Source of the DNA: a virus
Virus record (IMG/VR): IMGVR_UViG_3300029950_000012
Reading direction: 5' to 3' (one strand)
DNA: 64,000 bases
Shown here: positions 52,927 to 62,402 of the stretch, in pieces
Numbering within the stretch: the stretch's first letter is position 1
Layout of the letters: every line of letters begins with the position of its first letter
Position numbers and translations under genes: made by a program
The notes under the pieces: generated by a model
Seen by the model: only the letters and a program-made list of their open reading frames with translations
Told to the model about the DNA's origin: nothing
Databases searched by the model: none

Positions 52927-55770
52927 TTATACTCCTAGCGCTGCTTTAAATGCGGCTTTGTCTGTACGAATTGTGTTTATCATAACTCTTTTACCAGCCG
53001 CTGTACCTAACGCCGCTATCATTGAGTCAACATCCACGACGTTGATAACGGCAACATCCCCACCTCCGGCCTGTTGTTGTACTTCCCCACCGATAGTACC
53101 TGTTTTTGCAGAACTATCCTCAGAAGTACTAACACTGCCTCCACCAGCCAAACGAAGAGTCTCCCCTCTGTTCATCCGTTGTAGCATGGCCTCATTCTCT
53201 TTAGCAGCCTTCGCATTTACTACGAATTCGCCATTACTAAGCATAGCAGGAATATCATCTGACCTCGACCCTCCCGGCCCACGTACACGCCCACCATCTG
53301 CGAACACGTTACTGGAAGCAAAAGCCATTAACGCTATCACCGCAGCAAGGCCCGCAGCAGCAGAGGCACCAAATGTAGCTCCCGCTTGTGCAGTTGCCGC
53401 AGGTAGAGCAGTTGTCAAAGTGGCAGTGTTGTTTGCCGCTACTACTGCTGTAGTAGAGGTGGAGACAGCCGCAGCCGTAGCACCTTGTGCAACAGTGATT
53501 GCCTGCATCCCCGTACCAAACAATTGTGCTTGTACAAAGTTTGCAGCTTGCTCGATACCAATCTGAATAACAGCGCTCAATAACTCTTGAGTAATAGTTG
53601 AAGCTGCATTTCGCATTGTATCACTAAAGTTTTCACCATTGACAATTGCTTGGGTTAACGCATCCCCAATGCTTTCCTTAAAGGCAAGACCCGCAGCACC
53701 AAAGGCACCTGTTAAGGCTGCTTGCATCGATTCAGTTTTACCAATTACTTCTTGCAGTCCTACTACAATAGCATCAGTAAAGGAGCCCTCCCCTTTTGAC
53801 ACCGCTAATTCAGCTTGTGCTACTTGTAGCGCGTGCATTCCAGTAGTCATTTCATTAACTGAAATGAGCCCTTCCGCACGCAAAGCAATCAACGCTTTCT
53901 CTTGAGTGATTAGCTCCTCTTGAGGTTCACGCAGATCTCTTAGTATAGTATTATACTCGCCCATTGTCTGGTTAGCTCTTAACTGCACTTCAACCGCAGC
54001 TAATTGAGATTCAGACAAACGGAATTTAGTTTTTTGGTTTATCCTTTCAAGCTCAATTGCAATCTCTCTTTCTTTACTAGTCCTACCAAGCACCTCCGCT
54101 TCTTTAGTCAGGTTGGCCAAATAGGTATCAAACGCTTTACTTGATATACCATCACGTGCTTCTTTGTCCCTCTTAAGTTTTGCGATTTCCTCGGCCTGCT
54201 TTTGCTCAGCTTCTAACTCAGACTTACGGCGAGCTTCTGAGACCTTTAACGTTTCTGCTGTGATCTTATCAACCGCAGTCCCTATATAGTCAAAAGTAAT
54301 ACTATCGACAAAGGTTTTCTGAATTGCTGTACCAAGACCCGCAGCAGCACCTGTGAACTTATTCTCTATCCTTCCAAGATCCGCTTTGCTAAACAGATCT
54401 AATCCTGCTAAATCTCGAACGAAGTTGATACCGTCAATTGAAAAGTTGATTAGCTTCTCAATATCACTAATGGAACTGTTCACCATTAGAACAAATATAT
54501 CACCCAGTGCAGAAGGAAGACCTGCGAGGGTTAATGGAATAGCCTTGCCTAATGCTACAAAGATACCAATGACTCCATTCGCTCCTATTCTTGCTGCATT
54601 GATCAATGCGTCAGGGGTTGTACCAATGATCTGTATAAGAGCTTCCATAGTGCCCTTGACAGTGTTTACTACAGTATCAAAAGCTTCTCCTACGAACTGC
54701 CCCACAAATGCGAATTCAGTTTGTATTACGTTAACAGTAGCTGTAGCAGCATCACCCAAGGTTATGAGTCCATCTCCACTAATGGATATTTCGTCTCTGA
54801 AAGCAATCAGGTAACCAATAGCCGCAGCGATACCAACCCCTAGTACTACAAAAGGATTCGTTGCTAATACAAAAGTCAGTCTCTGTACGCCCTTAATGGC
54901 AGCGCCTACGCCTTGCTTAGCAAATATAATGCTAAGAGTTATGCCCGCAGCTTGTGCGCCATTGGTTAACTGGTCAAGGTTATCTGATAAGAATATTATA
55001 GTTTTAGCAAGTGTCTCTGTAATACCATGTGCTGTACTAAACCCACCTACTGCCTGTAGAACATTGTTTCGTAATACATCAAATGCTTGGCTAATTGTAG
55101 GAATGGACTTTAAGAAATCTTCATCAAGACTTTTGCCCGCTTCTCTAAATGCTACAATTATCTGCTTAGAGGTGATTAACCCCATCGCGGCGTATTCCCT
55201 TAACTCACCACGTCCAACCTCGAAGCTTTCCGCTATTACATCCGCAACTTTTGGCAATTGCTCTAAAACTGATCTAAGCTCATCGCCCCTCAAAGTTCCG
55301 CTCGCCATACCCTGTGAGAACTGTATAAGAGCATTTCCGGCTTCTGTTGCTGTTGCACCTGATAACGCTACCGCTTTGTTTAACGATTCAGTAAAGCGAA
55401 GAGTCTCAGCTTGTGATAAGCCAAGGTTCTTAGTAGCCGCAGCAGTACGCGCATAAACAGTAGCGGTTGTTTCAAAGCTTTGACGGGTTAAATTCGATAT
55501 GCGGAATAGCTCGCCGGTTACAGCGGTCAGCTCTTCCTGATTATCGGTAACAGTTCGAATTCTGTTTTGTAGTGTAGTATATGAATCTGCAAGGTCAGAG
55601 AGTTTCTTGATACCAACACCAGCACCCGCAAAGAAAAAGACGGTATTCATAGCCCGTCTTAAGCGGTTCGCTGTCATCTCAAGAGAGTTTAACCTTCTCT
55701 CAACTACCCGAGTGCCGGTAACAGCAGCACTCGGGTCTATTGTGATTCTAATTCTAAATTCGTTTGACAT
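52927..55770 (-). CDS. tape measure protein
   Basis: 947 aa. Long helical, Ala/Gly/Leu-rich sequence with hydrophobic central segments. It lies immediately downstream of the G/GT chaperone pair. Confidence 0.85.
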   Translation of the reverse strand: MSNEFRIRITIDPSAAVTGTRVVERRLNSLEMTANRLRRAMNTVFFFAGAGVGIKKLSDLADSYTTLQNRIRTVTDNQEELTAVTGELFRISNLTRQSFETTATVYARTAAATKNLGLSQAETLRFTESLNKAVALSGATATEAGNALIQFSQGMASGTLRGDELRSVLEQLPKVADVIAESFEVGRGELREYAAMGLITSKQIIVAFREAGKSLDEDFLKSIPTISQAFDVLRNNVLQAVGGFSTAHGITETLAKTIIFLSDNLDQLTNGAQAAGITLSIIFAKQGVGAAIKGVQRLTFVLATNPFVVLGVGIAAAIGYLIAFRDEISISGDGLITLGDAATATVNVIQTEFAFVGQFVGEAFDTVVNTVKGTMEALIQIIGTTPDALINAARIGANGVIGIFVALGKAIPLTLAGLPSALGDIFVLMVNSSISDIEKLINFSIDGINFVRDLAGLDLFSKADLGRIENKFTGAAAGLGTAIQKTFVDSITFDYIGTAVDKITAETLKVSEARRKSELEAEQKQAEEIAKLKRDKEARDGISSKAFDTYLANLTKEAEVLGRTSKEREIAIELERINQKTKFRLSESQLAAVEVQLRANQTMGEYNTILRDLREPQEELITQEKALIALRAEGLISVNEMTTGMHALQVAQAELAVSKGEGSFTDAIVVGLQEVIGKTESMQAALTGAFGAAGLAFKESIGDALTQAIVNGENFSDTMRNAASTITQELLSAVIQIGIEQAANFVQAQLFGTGMQAITVAQGATAAAVSTSTTAVVAANNTATLTTALPAATAQAGATFGASAAAGLAAVIALMAFASSNVFADGGRVRGPGGSRSDDIPAMLSNGEFVVNAKAAKENEAMLQRMNRGETLRLAGGGSVSTSEDSSAKTGTIGGEVQQQAGGGDVAVINVVDVDSMIAALGTAAGKRVMINTIRTDKAAFKAALGV

Positions 55771-55778
55771 AACCCACC

Positions 55779-56557
55779 TTATTTGTCTTTCTTAAAAGCC
55801 TCCTGGTAGGTGGAGTCGAGCGCAAACATGGCCTCTGTGAATATCTCTACAAACTCAGGATCTAGTTTTTTATATTGGGTAGCATAATACTGTATTTTGT
55901 CCCACGGTATCGCTCCACCCTCGTATCTCCTGCAAGTCATTAAGTCAAAGTAGCTACTTAAATAAAATGATTCTACTACAGTCTGGTAAGGCTGCTCTAA
56001 ATACCAATCCGGTAGATCCCTCCCTTTGGCAATCGCCGCTTCTACCTGAAAGCCATCCTTGGCAAATTTGATTTTATACTCAAGCAGCTCTTTTAGTTTT
56101 TTAGGTACTCCTCTTTGTCTTCTTCGGAAATCACTTCTTCAGGCAAGGCAACAAACGTTTTTGGTTCCGCTGCAATACCCCGAATTTTATCAAATACCCA
56201 ATTGGGTAGCTCACTTAAGAACTCCTCACAGTCCTCAATAGAGAATGGAACCTCCCCCATTACACCTTCTTTGTTTTCCCCTGGCATGTGTTCCCAACCA
56301 ACAATAACGTACCCTGGATAGATAGCTTTATCATCCCCTCGCATTACATCAAGACCATAGTTACCAGCAGCGTGGAGAGTGCGATTTCGTTTCGCATTTG
56401 TCTTCGCTTGCTTTTTTAAGGTTCTGAAGTAAGGCACATTGGTTTCTTGTGCAGGGGCTAAGATAAGCGCTGTCTTAGCGCCTATCTCAGGAAGTGCCAT
56501 TGTGAAACGTGAATTTGTATCGACTACTAATGATTTTAAATTTCCGAACTTAGACAT
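55779..56557 (-). CDS. tail assembly chaperone GT-type fusion via programmed -1 frameshift
   Basis: The -1 frame after the slippery heptamer stays open for 105 codons (LKELLEYKIKFAKDGFQVEAAIAKGRDLPDWYLEQPYQ...YQEAFKKDK) and stops 9 nt before the tape measure ATG. There is no other ORF in this 320-nt gap. Confidence 0.65.
56093..56557 (-). CDS. tail assembly chaperone (gpG-like, zero-frame product)
   Basis: 154 aa and acidic. It lies between the major tail protein and the tape measure, and ends ...EYLKN directly on the slippery site. Confidence 0.7.
   Translation of the reverse strand: MSKFGNLKSLVVDTNSRFTMALPEIGAKTALILAPAQETNVPYFRTLKKQAKTNAKRNRTLHAAGNYGLDVMRGDDKAIYPGYVIVGWEHMPGENKEGVMGEVPFSIEDCEEFLSELPNWVFDKIRGIAAEPKTFVALPEEVISEEDKEEYLKN
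56096..56102 (-). other. -1 ribosomal frameshift slippery heptamer A AAA AAC
   Basis: The minus-strand reading CTA AAA AAC TAA fits X XXY YYZ in the zero frame, immediately before the stop. Confidence 0.65.
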
Positions 56558-56598
56558 AGTGTTACCTTTAATTTAATTTAATTTAATGTACTTACTAT

Positions 56599-58083
56599 TT
56601 ATAGAAATGGGTTTGCTGGGTCGATAGGTAGAGCATGGTTGAAGATTGTAATGCCTATAGATGTATTAAAGGCATCATCAGCGTAAGCCTCACCTGTAGT
56701 ACTAATAAGCACAGTTTCATTTACTGGGAATGATCGAGCCCCACCACCAAGAGTCAATGAAGGAATATCGAAAGCGATCGTACCATCATCATTTGTTAGA
56801 CGGAAATCTAACGAAACAGTAGCGTTACTTCGAATTCGCTCAGCTACTACAGAGTTTGAGAAGATCATTTCGGCTTCGAAACCAATCTCCAAGTTACCCG
56901 CGTTGATGTACTTAGCACCTGTTACACCCAAAACGTTCTCAGGAGTTACGTTGTTGTTGATTGTAATGCTTAACGATTTAAAGTCAGAAGTAAGACCTGT
57001 ATCATCAACATCAGCAACACGAATACGGGCGATGTCCGCAGAAGTGTTGAATGCAGTAGTGTACTGAGGATCAGTAGGAGTTGCTGCATTAGTTGCACGA
57101 CCTGCAACATTCACAGGGGGTGCAGTATCTGTACCGATGAAACCAGGAGCAAGCGTCGCTTTATCTGTCAAAGGTGTTTCGAATGTAAGCTCATTACACA
57201 AGTTGCCTCGTGCATACTCATACATAGGAAGGTCACCCGCATCAAGAGTAGCGTATTCTAATTCGAACTGATAAGAGCGCTCAATATAATTTGGATTATC
57301 CGTAGGGACGTTACGAACGAACTTACCAAAGTACATGTCTATCAATTGCGAAGCGTCAGCTTCTGTAGTAAACGTAGTGAGAGCTTTATCAAACGTTAGA
57401 ACATTTGCGGCTACACTAGATACTCGAATCAACCCGCTGTTATCTGCTGCTGCAAATTGGTTGGCTGCAAGGAACCCACCAACATGAACACTCTGACCGG
57501 CAACTAATCCCAATAGTGTAAGGTCTTGGGAAGTAGTAGTAAGGTTGTTAGCATCCAATACATCAAGATCACCTACTGCGAATCGATGTCCTACAACTTC
57601 TACTAAAAAGTTTTCAGTAACATCTGTTAACGCCGCAATAGTAATACTGGTATCAACAGTAACCGCAGTAACAACATGCAAACCATTGTCTGCTGTAGCG
57701 GTAAGACCTGTAACACGTACCAAAGTGTTGACTATAATATTACTAGTCTCTGCCATGGTAACAACGCCGGTCGCAACGTCGGTTGCAGTAAGAATATCCC
57801 CGCCGCTAAATGCAGAGAAGCAAAACCCTTCAATAAAGTCCTGTAGTGAACTCATTGTCAAATCTGCATTGATCTCTACTGAGGATTCAATGTTAGTGAT
57901 GGTTCCCTTTCGTCGCTGTCGATTTTTTGAAATCGGATTACGTGCAACTGTTGAGATATTCGCCCCAAAGGATGAAATATCGTTAGGCTCCAATGTAAAC
58001 CAAGAAGGTGACGCGAACAGATTGCCCAGCGTTTCCTCAATGGAGTATTGTAGGTTGGTGTTATTCGTTAAACTTCTTGGCAT
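56599..58083 (-). CDS. major tail (tube) protein candidate (494 aa)
   Basis: Directly upstream of the chaperone pair. Large, Thr/Ala/Val-rich. No sheath or baseplate genes are present, so a T5-like long tube protein is the most plausible call. Confidence 0.6.
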   Translation of the reverse strand: MPRSLTNNTNLQYSIEETLGNLFASPSWFTLEPNDISSFGANISTVARNPISKNRQRRKGTITNIESSVEINADLTMSSLQDFIEGFCFSAFSGGDILTATDVATGVVTMAETSNIIVNTLVRVTGLTATADNGLHVVTAVTVDTSITIAALTDVTENFLVEVVGHRFAVGDLDVLDANNLTTTSQDLTLLGLVAGQSVHVGGFLAANQFAAADNSGLIRVSSVAANVLTFDKALTTFTTEADASQLIDMYFGKFVRNVPTDNPNYIERSYQFELEYATLDAGDLPMYEYARGNLCNELTFETPLTDKATLAPGFIGTDTAPPVNVAGRATNAATPTDPQYTTAFNTSADIARIRVADVDDTGLTSDFKSLSITINNNVTPENVLGVTGAKYINAGNLEIGFEAEMIFSNSVVAERIRSNATVSLDFRLTNDDGTIAFDIPSLTLGGGARSFPVNETVLISTTGEAYADDAFNTSIGITIFNHALPIDPANPFL

Positions 58084-58095
58084 TGCTTTTACCCC

Positions 58096-58500
58096 TTATT
58101 TGATTTCATAATATTGGAACTGGACTGTCACTGAGACCCTTCGCCAATTGTTTTTAGTGCCTTCTGGCATTATATCACCATCATTGAACACCACACCACC
58201 AATCGTCTCGCCCTCAAAAAGGTCTCGTATACGTTCTGCGTATACATCTTCGTTATATTCCCCTGTGCGGGGCTGTCCATAGACCTCTACAACTAGTAAC
58301 TGTCTGCGGATATAACGTCTCTTACCCTTACTGTTTAGCGACTCCTGGCCCCCCGGTAAACCCTTTATAGTTAAGCGTACCCAGTTGCCCGATTCAGGCT
58401 CTGTAAAGTCATCGTCTTCAAGGTCATATGGTGTTTCATCACCCCAGTCATCAACAAATGTATTATAGACGACTTGACGCGCTTCGTTAAGTGTGGTCAT
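58096..58500 (-). CDS. tail terminator / neck protein candidate (134 aa)
   Basis: Position just before the tail tube gene. The pattern ...NWVRLTIK...RRQLLVVEVY resembles DUF4128/gpU-like terminators (from memory). Confidence 0.5.
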   Translation of the reverse strand: MTTLNEARQVVYNTFVDDWGDETPYDLEDDDFTEPESGNWVRLTIKGLPGGQESLNSKGKRRYIRRQLLVVEVYGQPRTGEYNEDVYAERIRDLFEGETIGGVVFNDGDIMPEGTKNNWRRVSVTVQFQYYEIK

Positions 58501-58889
58501 TGGCTAAATCTCCTCCCTCGTAGGGACAGTATGGCAGTTATTATAGATAATTGCACAAACCCTGCGGGTGCTTGAGCCGACCACCCCTTATTCAGAAGAG
58601 AGATATAGTCCACATTGTTAGTAATGTAGAGTGAGCCCATAGGTAGCTTGTATCCACGCAACGTACTGAAGCCCGAGCTTTGTATGGAGGAGTTAAGACT
58701 CTTACCGTAAACGCCAGCTTCTCCCTCAAATGATTCACCAATAGAAGGAACCCAGTTAGTAATAGCATGTGCAGTATCCTCTGGCGTCGTCTCGGTAAGA
58801 GTCAACGCTACTTGTTCCGTTACAACTACGGCGACCTTCTCAATGAATCGATTAAGGTCGCCAATTAGTAGTGCAGTTTGTTTAGGCAT
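58497..58889 (-). CDS. HK97 gp10-like neck/tail-completion protein candidate (130 aa)
   Basis: ATGA overlap. ITNNVDYISLLNKGWSAQAPAGFV resembles v.YA.y.E.G....a.pf of the gp10 family. Confidence 0.45.
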   Translation of the reverse strand: MPKQTALLIGDLNRFIEKVAVVVTEQVALTLTETTPEDTAHAITNWVPSIGESFEGEAGVYGKSLNSSIQSSGFSTLRGYKLPMGSLYITNNVDYISLLNKGWSAQAPAGFVQLSIITAILSLRGRRFSQ

Positions 58890-58920
58890 AGTCCTTCCCT
58901 TCTACTTTGACCCTTACAAT

Positions 58921-58949
58921 AAAAAAGGGACTTTAGAAGTCCCTTTTTT
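58921..58949 (-). terminator. bidirectional rho-independent terminator
   Basis: AAAAAA-GGGACTT-tag-AAGTCCC-TTTTTT read directly, downstream of the capsid gene pair. Confidence 0.8.
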
Positions 58950-58953
58950 ATGA

Positions 58954-59232
58954 TTAATCCTTTTTCTTCTTTCGCCGAGAGGGCTTGTCTTTCTTTCCCT
59001 TCTCAACCTCTACTACAGGAACAGGAGATTTACTCGCCTTTTGTTTCCGAGCCTTTAACTCATCTTCGCTGATAAGTTTACGGGTTCTCAACATCACTTC
59101 CATTTTACGCGGAGTAATAGCAATGTTCTTATATAAGAAAGGGACGCCAATCGCATATTCTTTACCGGCATACCGAAGGGCTTTACCTGTAAATAGCTTC
59201 ATTCCCTTTATGAATAATACTGTCTGTCTCAT
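58954..59232 (-). CDS. hypothetical basic protein (92 aa)
   Basis: ORF between the capsid gene and the terminator. Lys-rich C-terminus. Confidence 0.45.
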   Translation of the reverse strand: MRQTVLFIKGMKLFTGKALRYAGKEYAIGVPFLYKNIAITPRKMEVMLRTRKLISEDELKARKQKASKSPVPVVEVEKGKKDKPSRRKKKKD

Positions 59233-59252
59233 TGGGTACCACCTTTAAATAG

Positions 59253-59276
59253 GTTACCCCACCGAAGTGGGGTAAC
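59253..59276 (-). other. 10-bp hairpin with tetraloop downstream of the capsid gene
   Basis: GTTACCCCAC-cgaa-GTGGGGTAAC (TTCG loop on the transcribed strand). No U-run. Possible attenuator or mRNA stabiliser. Confidence 0.5.
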
Positions 59277-59296
59277 TCACTATACTACTTTATTTA

Positions 59297-60256
59297 TTAC
59301 GATGTTGCTGCTGGAATGTAAGTTCCAAGATCAACCGCAATTTGCTTAACAGCATAAGCCATACCGATTTCGATACGATCAGATTCAATTGCTTCCATTC
59401 GGAACTTCTTGATACGAGAACCGTAAGCAGAAGCGCCGTATAGACCATCCCAGCTAAATGTGTAACCAGCCGACGCTGTCATTAAGCCAGGGTTACGGTT
59501 AGAGTAACAGATCAAACAACCATGCTTGTTGGCGATGAATGAGATTACATCCGTTGCGCCTTCTTTTGCTGTGTTCTGAATTGCATTTAGTACAATAATG
59601 CGTTCCATCTCGAACAACTCTGCAAGCTGTTGATGCTTAGTGATTGCGATACCTGAAGTCTGACCAGCTTTAATACGGTCAACTACGTCAGGGTGATTCT
59701 TAAGCTTGTTGTAAACGTTACGGCCTAAAACCATAGTGTTTGCAATCTTGCCTGTTTTTTCTAACATGTCAGTAACGATTTCTTCAATGTCAGTGATAGG
59801 ATCACTTGCGTCATCCTGCCATCCAGTTGCAACCGTTGCATCAGTTCCCCAATTACCGGCAGAGAAGAAGTTTGCACACCAGTTAGCTTCACGGAAAAGA
59901 TTCGCTTTATCAGTAACGAATGTTACAGCTTCACGATCCAAAGCTAATGGAGAATCTTGGTTGGCACGACGTTGATCATCAATGTCATGGTGGAAGCCAT
60001 AGACTTTACAGAAGTAGTTATCCTGCCCTAGTTTGTAGCCGCTACCTTTGGTTTCTGTACCAGGGGCGCGTTCTTCCATCTCATTACGAAGGAAGTCACC
60101 TTGGTCATATGTATAGAACAAATCGCTTTGCATCTGTACAGGGATGTTAGGGAAAATACTATCCGTCTGAAACATTGATTGATCTTGGATAAGAGCAATG
60201 GATATATTGCTCAAAGGTTTGTTGATATGCACATCACTAGCTAATGGTGTAGGCAT
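59297..60256 (-). CDS. major capsid protein
   Basis: 319 aa. Follows the protease-scaffold-decoration order and is followed by two strong hairpins, which fits a highly expressed late gene. The fold is not verifiable here. Confidence 0.7.
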   Translation of the reverse strand: MPTPLASDVHINKPLSNISIALIQDQSMFQTDSIFPNIPVQMQSDLFYTYDQGDFLRNEMEERAPGTETKGSGYKLGQDNYFCKVYGFHHDIDDQRRANQDSPLALDREAVTFVTDKANLFREANWCANFFSAGNWGTDATVATGWQDDASDPITDIEEIVTDMLEKTGKIANTMVLGRNVYNKLKNHPDVVDRIKAGQTSGIAITKHQQLAELFEMERIIVLNAIQNTAKEGATDVISFIANKHGCLICYSNRNPGLMTASAGYTFSWDGLYGASAYGSRIKKFRMEAIESDRIEIGMAYAVKQIAVDLGTYIPAATS

Positions 60257-60319
60257 CTTTCTTATTCCTCAAAAATTTATAATTTGGTTAAATATTACAG
60301 TTAATAAAAAAGCTGCTTA

Positions 60320-60721
60320 CTATAGGACGTGTGGGCTAATCAACAGGATGGAACCAATCTCATCGATCACTCCACCATCTTCAACGATACCACGAACAAC
60401 ATCGCCAACACCGGCCACAACCGCTCGACCCGACGCATCAGATGTTACGTTTTGTCCAGGGGTCACAGTGCCACCAAGCAAAATCTTACTAATACCCTGA
60501 ACCTTTACAGGGGCTGCTTGATCTGCTGCGGGCTTAGAATCCAAAACGCCATAAGCGAGAAGACCTGCACCACAACGAATCATTGTCGGTACTGCTGTAG
60601 TACCACCAGCAATTACAAAACGTTGAAAACCGCTAGTAGCGCCGGTACCTGTCAATGTGTCACTAGACAAATCGGTAGTGATTATTTTAGTGACTTTTAC
60701 TAAGTTACCTTCTAAAGACAT
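60320..60721 (-). CDS. DUF2190-like capsid decoration/cement protein
   Basis: 133 aa, Gly/Ala/Val-rich. ...GTVTPGQNVTSDASGRAVVAG...VRGIVEDGG... resembles the DUF2190 pattern. Directly upstream of the capsid gene. Confidence 0.55.
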   Translation of the reverse strand: MSLEGNLVKVTKIITTDLSSDTLTGTGATSGFQRFVIAGGTTAVPTMIRCGAGLLAYGVLDSKPAADQAAPVKVQGISKILLGGTVTPGQNVTSDASGRAVVAGVGDVVRGIVEDGGVIDEIGSILLISPHVL

Positions 60722-60782
60722 GATAAAACTCCAAATAAACTAATTCTGTTTTACTACGGTATGTTAAGTACTGTAGTGGCTA

Positions 60783-61916
60783 TTAAGCAAGCTGCTTATA
60801 AAGAGCTTCACCTTCTTTCGTGTTTAGGACGGCATCATAAGCAACAGTGAAAGTTACACCATGCTTATCTTGATGGGTCTTGGCCATTGCATCAAGCTCA
60901 TCATTTGCATCAGTAACTGACTTTTCAGTAGTTACACCTTCAATATTGAATGCTTTTTTCATGCCGACGTTTTGAGCGGTAACAATTTTCATTACTTCAT
61001 TTTTAACTGTTACATCGCTAATGGTATCAACAGCTTTTAGCAAAGCAACCTTATGCTCTTCAGCGCCAGGAACGTGACTAAGCTCAACACCAACACGAGA
61101 TTTATAAAGCGAAGTAAGCTGTGAAGCTTCTAGTGCTTTATTAGTAGTAACCATCGCATCCATATTCTTGGCCATGGCCAACATTGCAGGATCACAAGAC
61201 TTACGGAACTCGATACCTTCAAGGTTAGTGAATACAACGGGGTCTTCAGACGTAGCGGCTTTTACCAATGCGTCACGACCTTCAGTTTCCATTTCTTGGA
61301 ATATTGCTTTGTTAGTATCATTCAATGTGGCGTAATGAGATTTATGTAGGTCAGTCATTGAGGCTAGTGCAGTAAGTACTGCCACTTGCTTAGTTAACTC
61401 TAAAACCTTTTTGCCGTCATCAGTCACTTTATCATCTGTTTTAGACATTTCTATATCCTTCTTTGGGATTGTGGCTGGAACAGCCTCGGTTGATTTATTT
61501 AATTCTTGAACTTCTTTTGCAAATTTTCTAATACGAAGAGCCCCACTTTTATTAAGTGCGGTAAAATCCTCTTCGCTCTTCTTCATATCTTGAATGGTAG
61601 CACCAAATGACTGTAGTACCTCACCAAATGAAGCGGTAGGATCATCGTACTTCGTGATATTCCAGATGATGTCATAAGCAGCATCTTCAAATGCGTCAGT
61701 GTAATCCCACATCTTGTAGATAACACTTCGAATACTTTCCTGCACTTCCATATTTTCAACAGCGGCAAGAAAGAGATTTTTTGCAAGCTCTTCGTCGTTA
61801 CCTGTTTTAACCATGGCAACTGTAGAACCCGTTTGGGCTCCAATGGGAACACCCGAAATTTCCTTCAATACCAACTTGCTTGCTACCTGTTTGTTTGTAT
61901 TACCGTCAGCACGCAT
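60783..61916 (-). CDS. scaffolding protein candidate (377 aa)
   Basis: Acidic, helical, Ala/Glu/Lys/Leu-rich, and located between the protease and the decoration/capsid genes. The N-terminal LKEISGVPIGAQTGSTVAMVK resembles the E(I/V)S.V..(P/G)A......K strand of prohead proteases. Confidence 0.5.
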   Translation of the reverse strand: MRADGNTNKQVASKLVLKEISGVPIGAQTGSTVAMVKTGNDEELAKNLFLAAVENMEVQESIRSVIYKMWDYTDAFEDAAYDIIWNITKYDDPTASFGEVLQSFGATIQDMKKSEEDFTALNKSGALRIRKFAKEVQELNKSTEAVPATIPKKDIEMSKTDDKVTDDGKKVLELTKQVAVLTALASMTDLHKSHYATLNDTNKAIFQEMETEGRDALVKAATSEDPVVFTNLEGIEFRKSCDPAMLAMAKNMDAMVTTNKALEASQLTSLYKSRVGVELSHVPGAEEHKVALLKAVDTISDVTVKNEVMKIVTAQNVGMKKAFNIEGVTTEKSVTDANDELDAMAKTHQDKHGVTFTVAYDAVLNTKEGEALYKQLA

Positions 61917-61921
61917 TGCTT

Positions 61922-62344
61922 TTACTCCACATCAATCCAGGCAGCAGCACCACCTATTGAAAAATCTTTATACTCACCAGACTTAAACTTGGCAAGCGTT
62001 TCGTCATCTGAGACATAAACAGTCACGAGAACACCAGATTTACCCTTGGTGTCAATATCCAGACTCTTGGCTAGATCCAATGATAGTGGATAAGCGAAGC
62101 GAACGCTACCCATGGGCTCCCCTTCATGGCACGCCTTCATTACAGTTTCTTCCTGCATGAACACATTCCAGCCTTCAAGAGCCACTTGCTCGGGTATATG
62201 CTGGTTGTCAGTGTCGAAGTAGTCCTCACCATTGCTTTTGCAGACCTGGCCCCACCCAAACACTAAACGTAGCTCAGAATCGATTTTATCGACTCTGGAC
62301 AGGGTTACACTACCCTCTTTATGCATTTTGACTAATTTGGACAT
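61922..62344 (-). CDS. XkdF-like prohead protease domain protein
   Basis: 140 aa. LRLVFGWGQV...GEDYFDTDNQHI...EGWNVFM....MKACHEG.PMGSV...FKSGEYKDFSIGG follows the XkdF (peptidase S78_2) pattern as recalled. Confidence 0.5.
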   Translation of the reverse strand: MSKLVKMHKEGSVTLSRVDKIDSELRLVFGWGQVCKSNGEDYFDTDNQHIPEQVALEGWNVFMQEETVMKACHEGEPMGSVRFAYPLSLDLAKSLDIDTKGKSGVLVTVYVSDDETLAKFKSGEYKDFSIGGAAAWIDVE

Positions 62345-62365
62345 TATGTCCCTCCTGTTGATACA

Positions 62366-62394
62366 ATTCTAATCTACTAATTGCTTTTTGTAAA
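62366..62394 (-). promoter_or_regulatory. sigma70-like promoter upstream of the protease/scaffold/capsid genes
   Basis: On the minus strand, TTTACA-17 nt-TAGAAT, 21 nt upstream of the GGAGGG SD and the ATG. Confidence 0.5.
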
Positions 62395-62402
62395 ATCTTA
62401 TG

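Noticed and set aside
52916-55456. Plus-strand ORFs of 88-216 aa (52916-53566, 53639-53905, 54353-54814, 54896-55456) lying antisense to the tape measure gene.
   Set aside because: They are Ala/Pro/Ser-rich shadow frames of an Ala/Gly-rich gene. They have no SD and would interrupt a strictly minus-strand operon.
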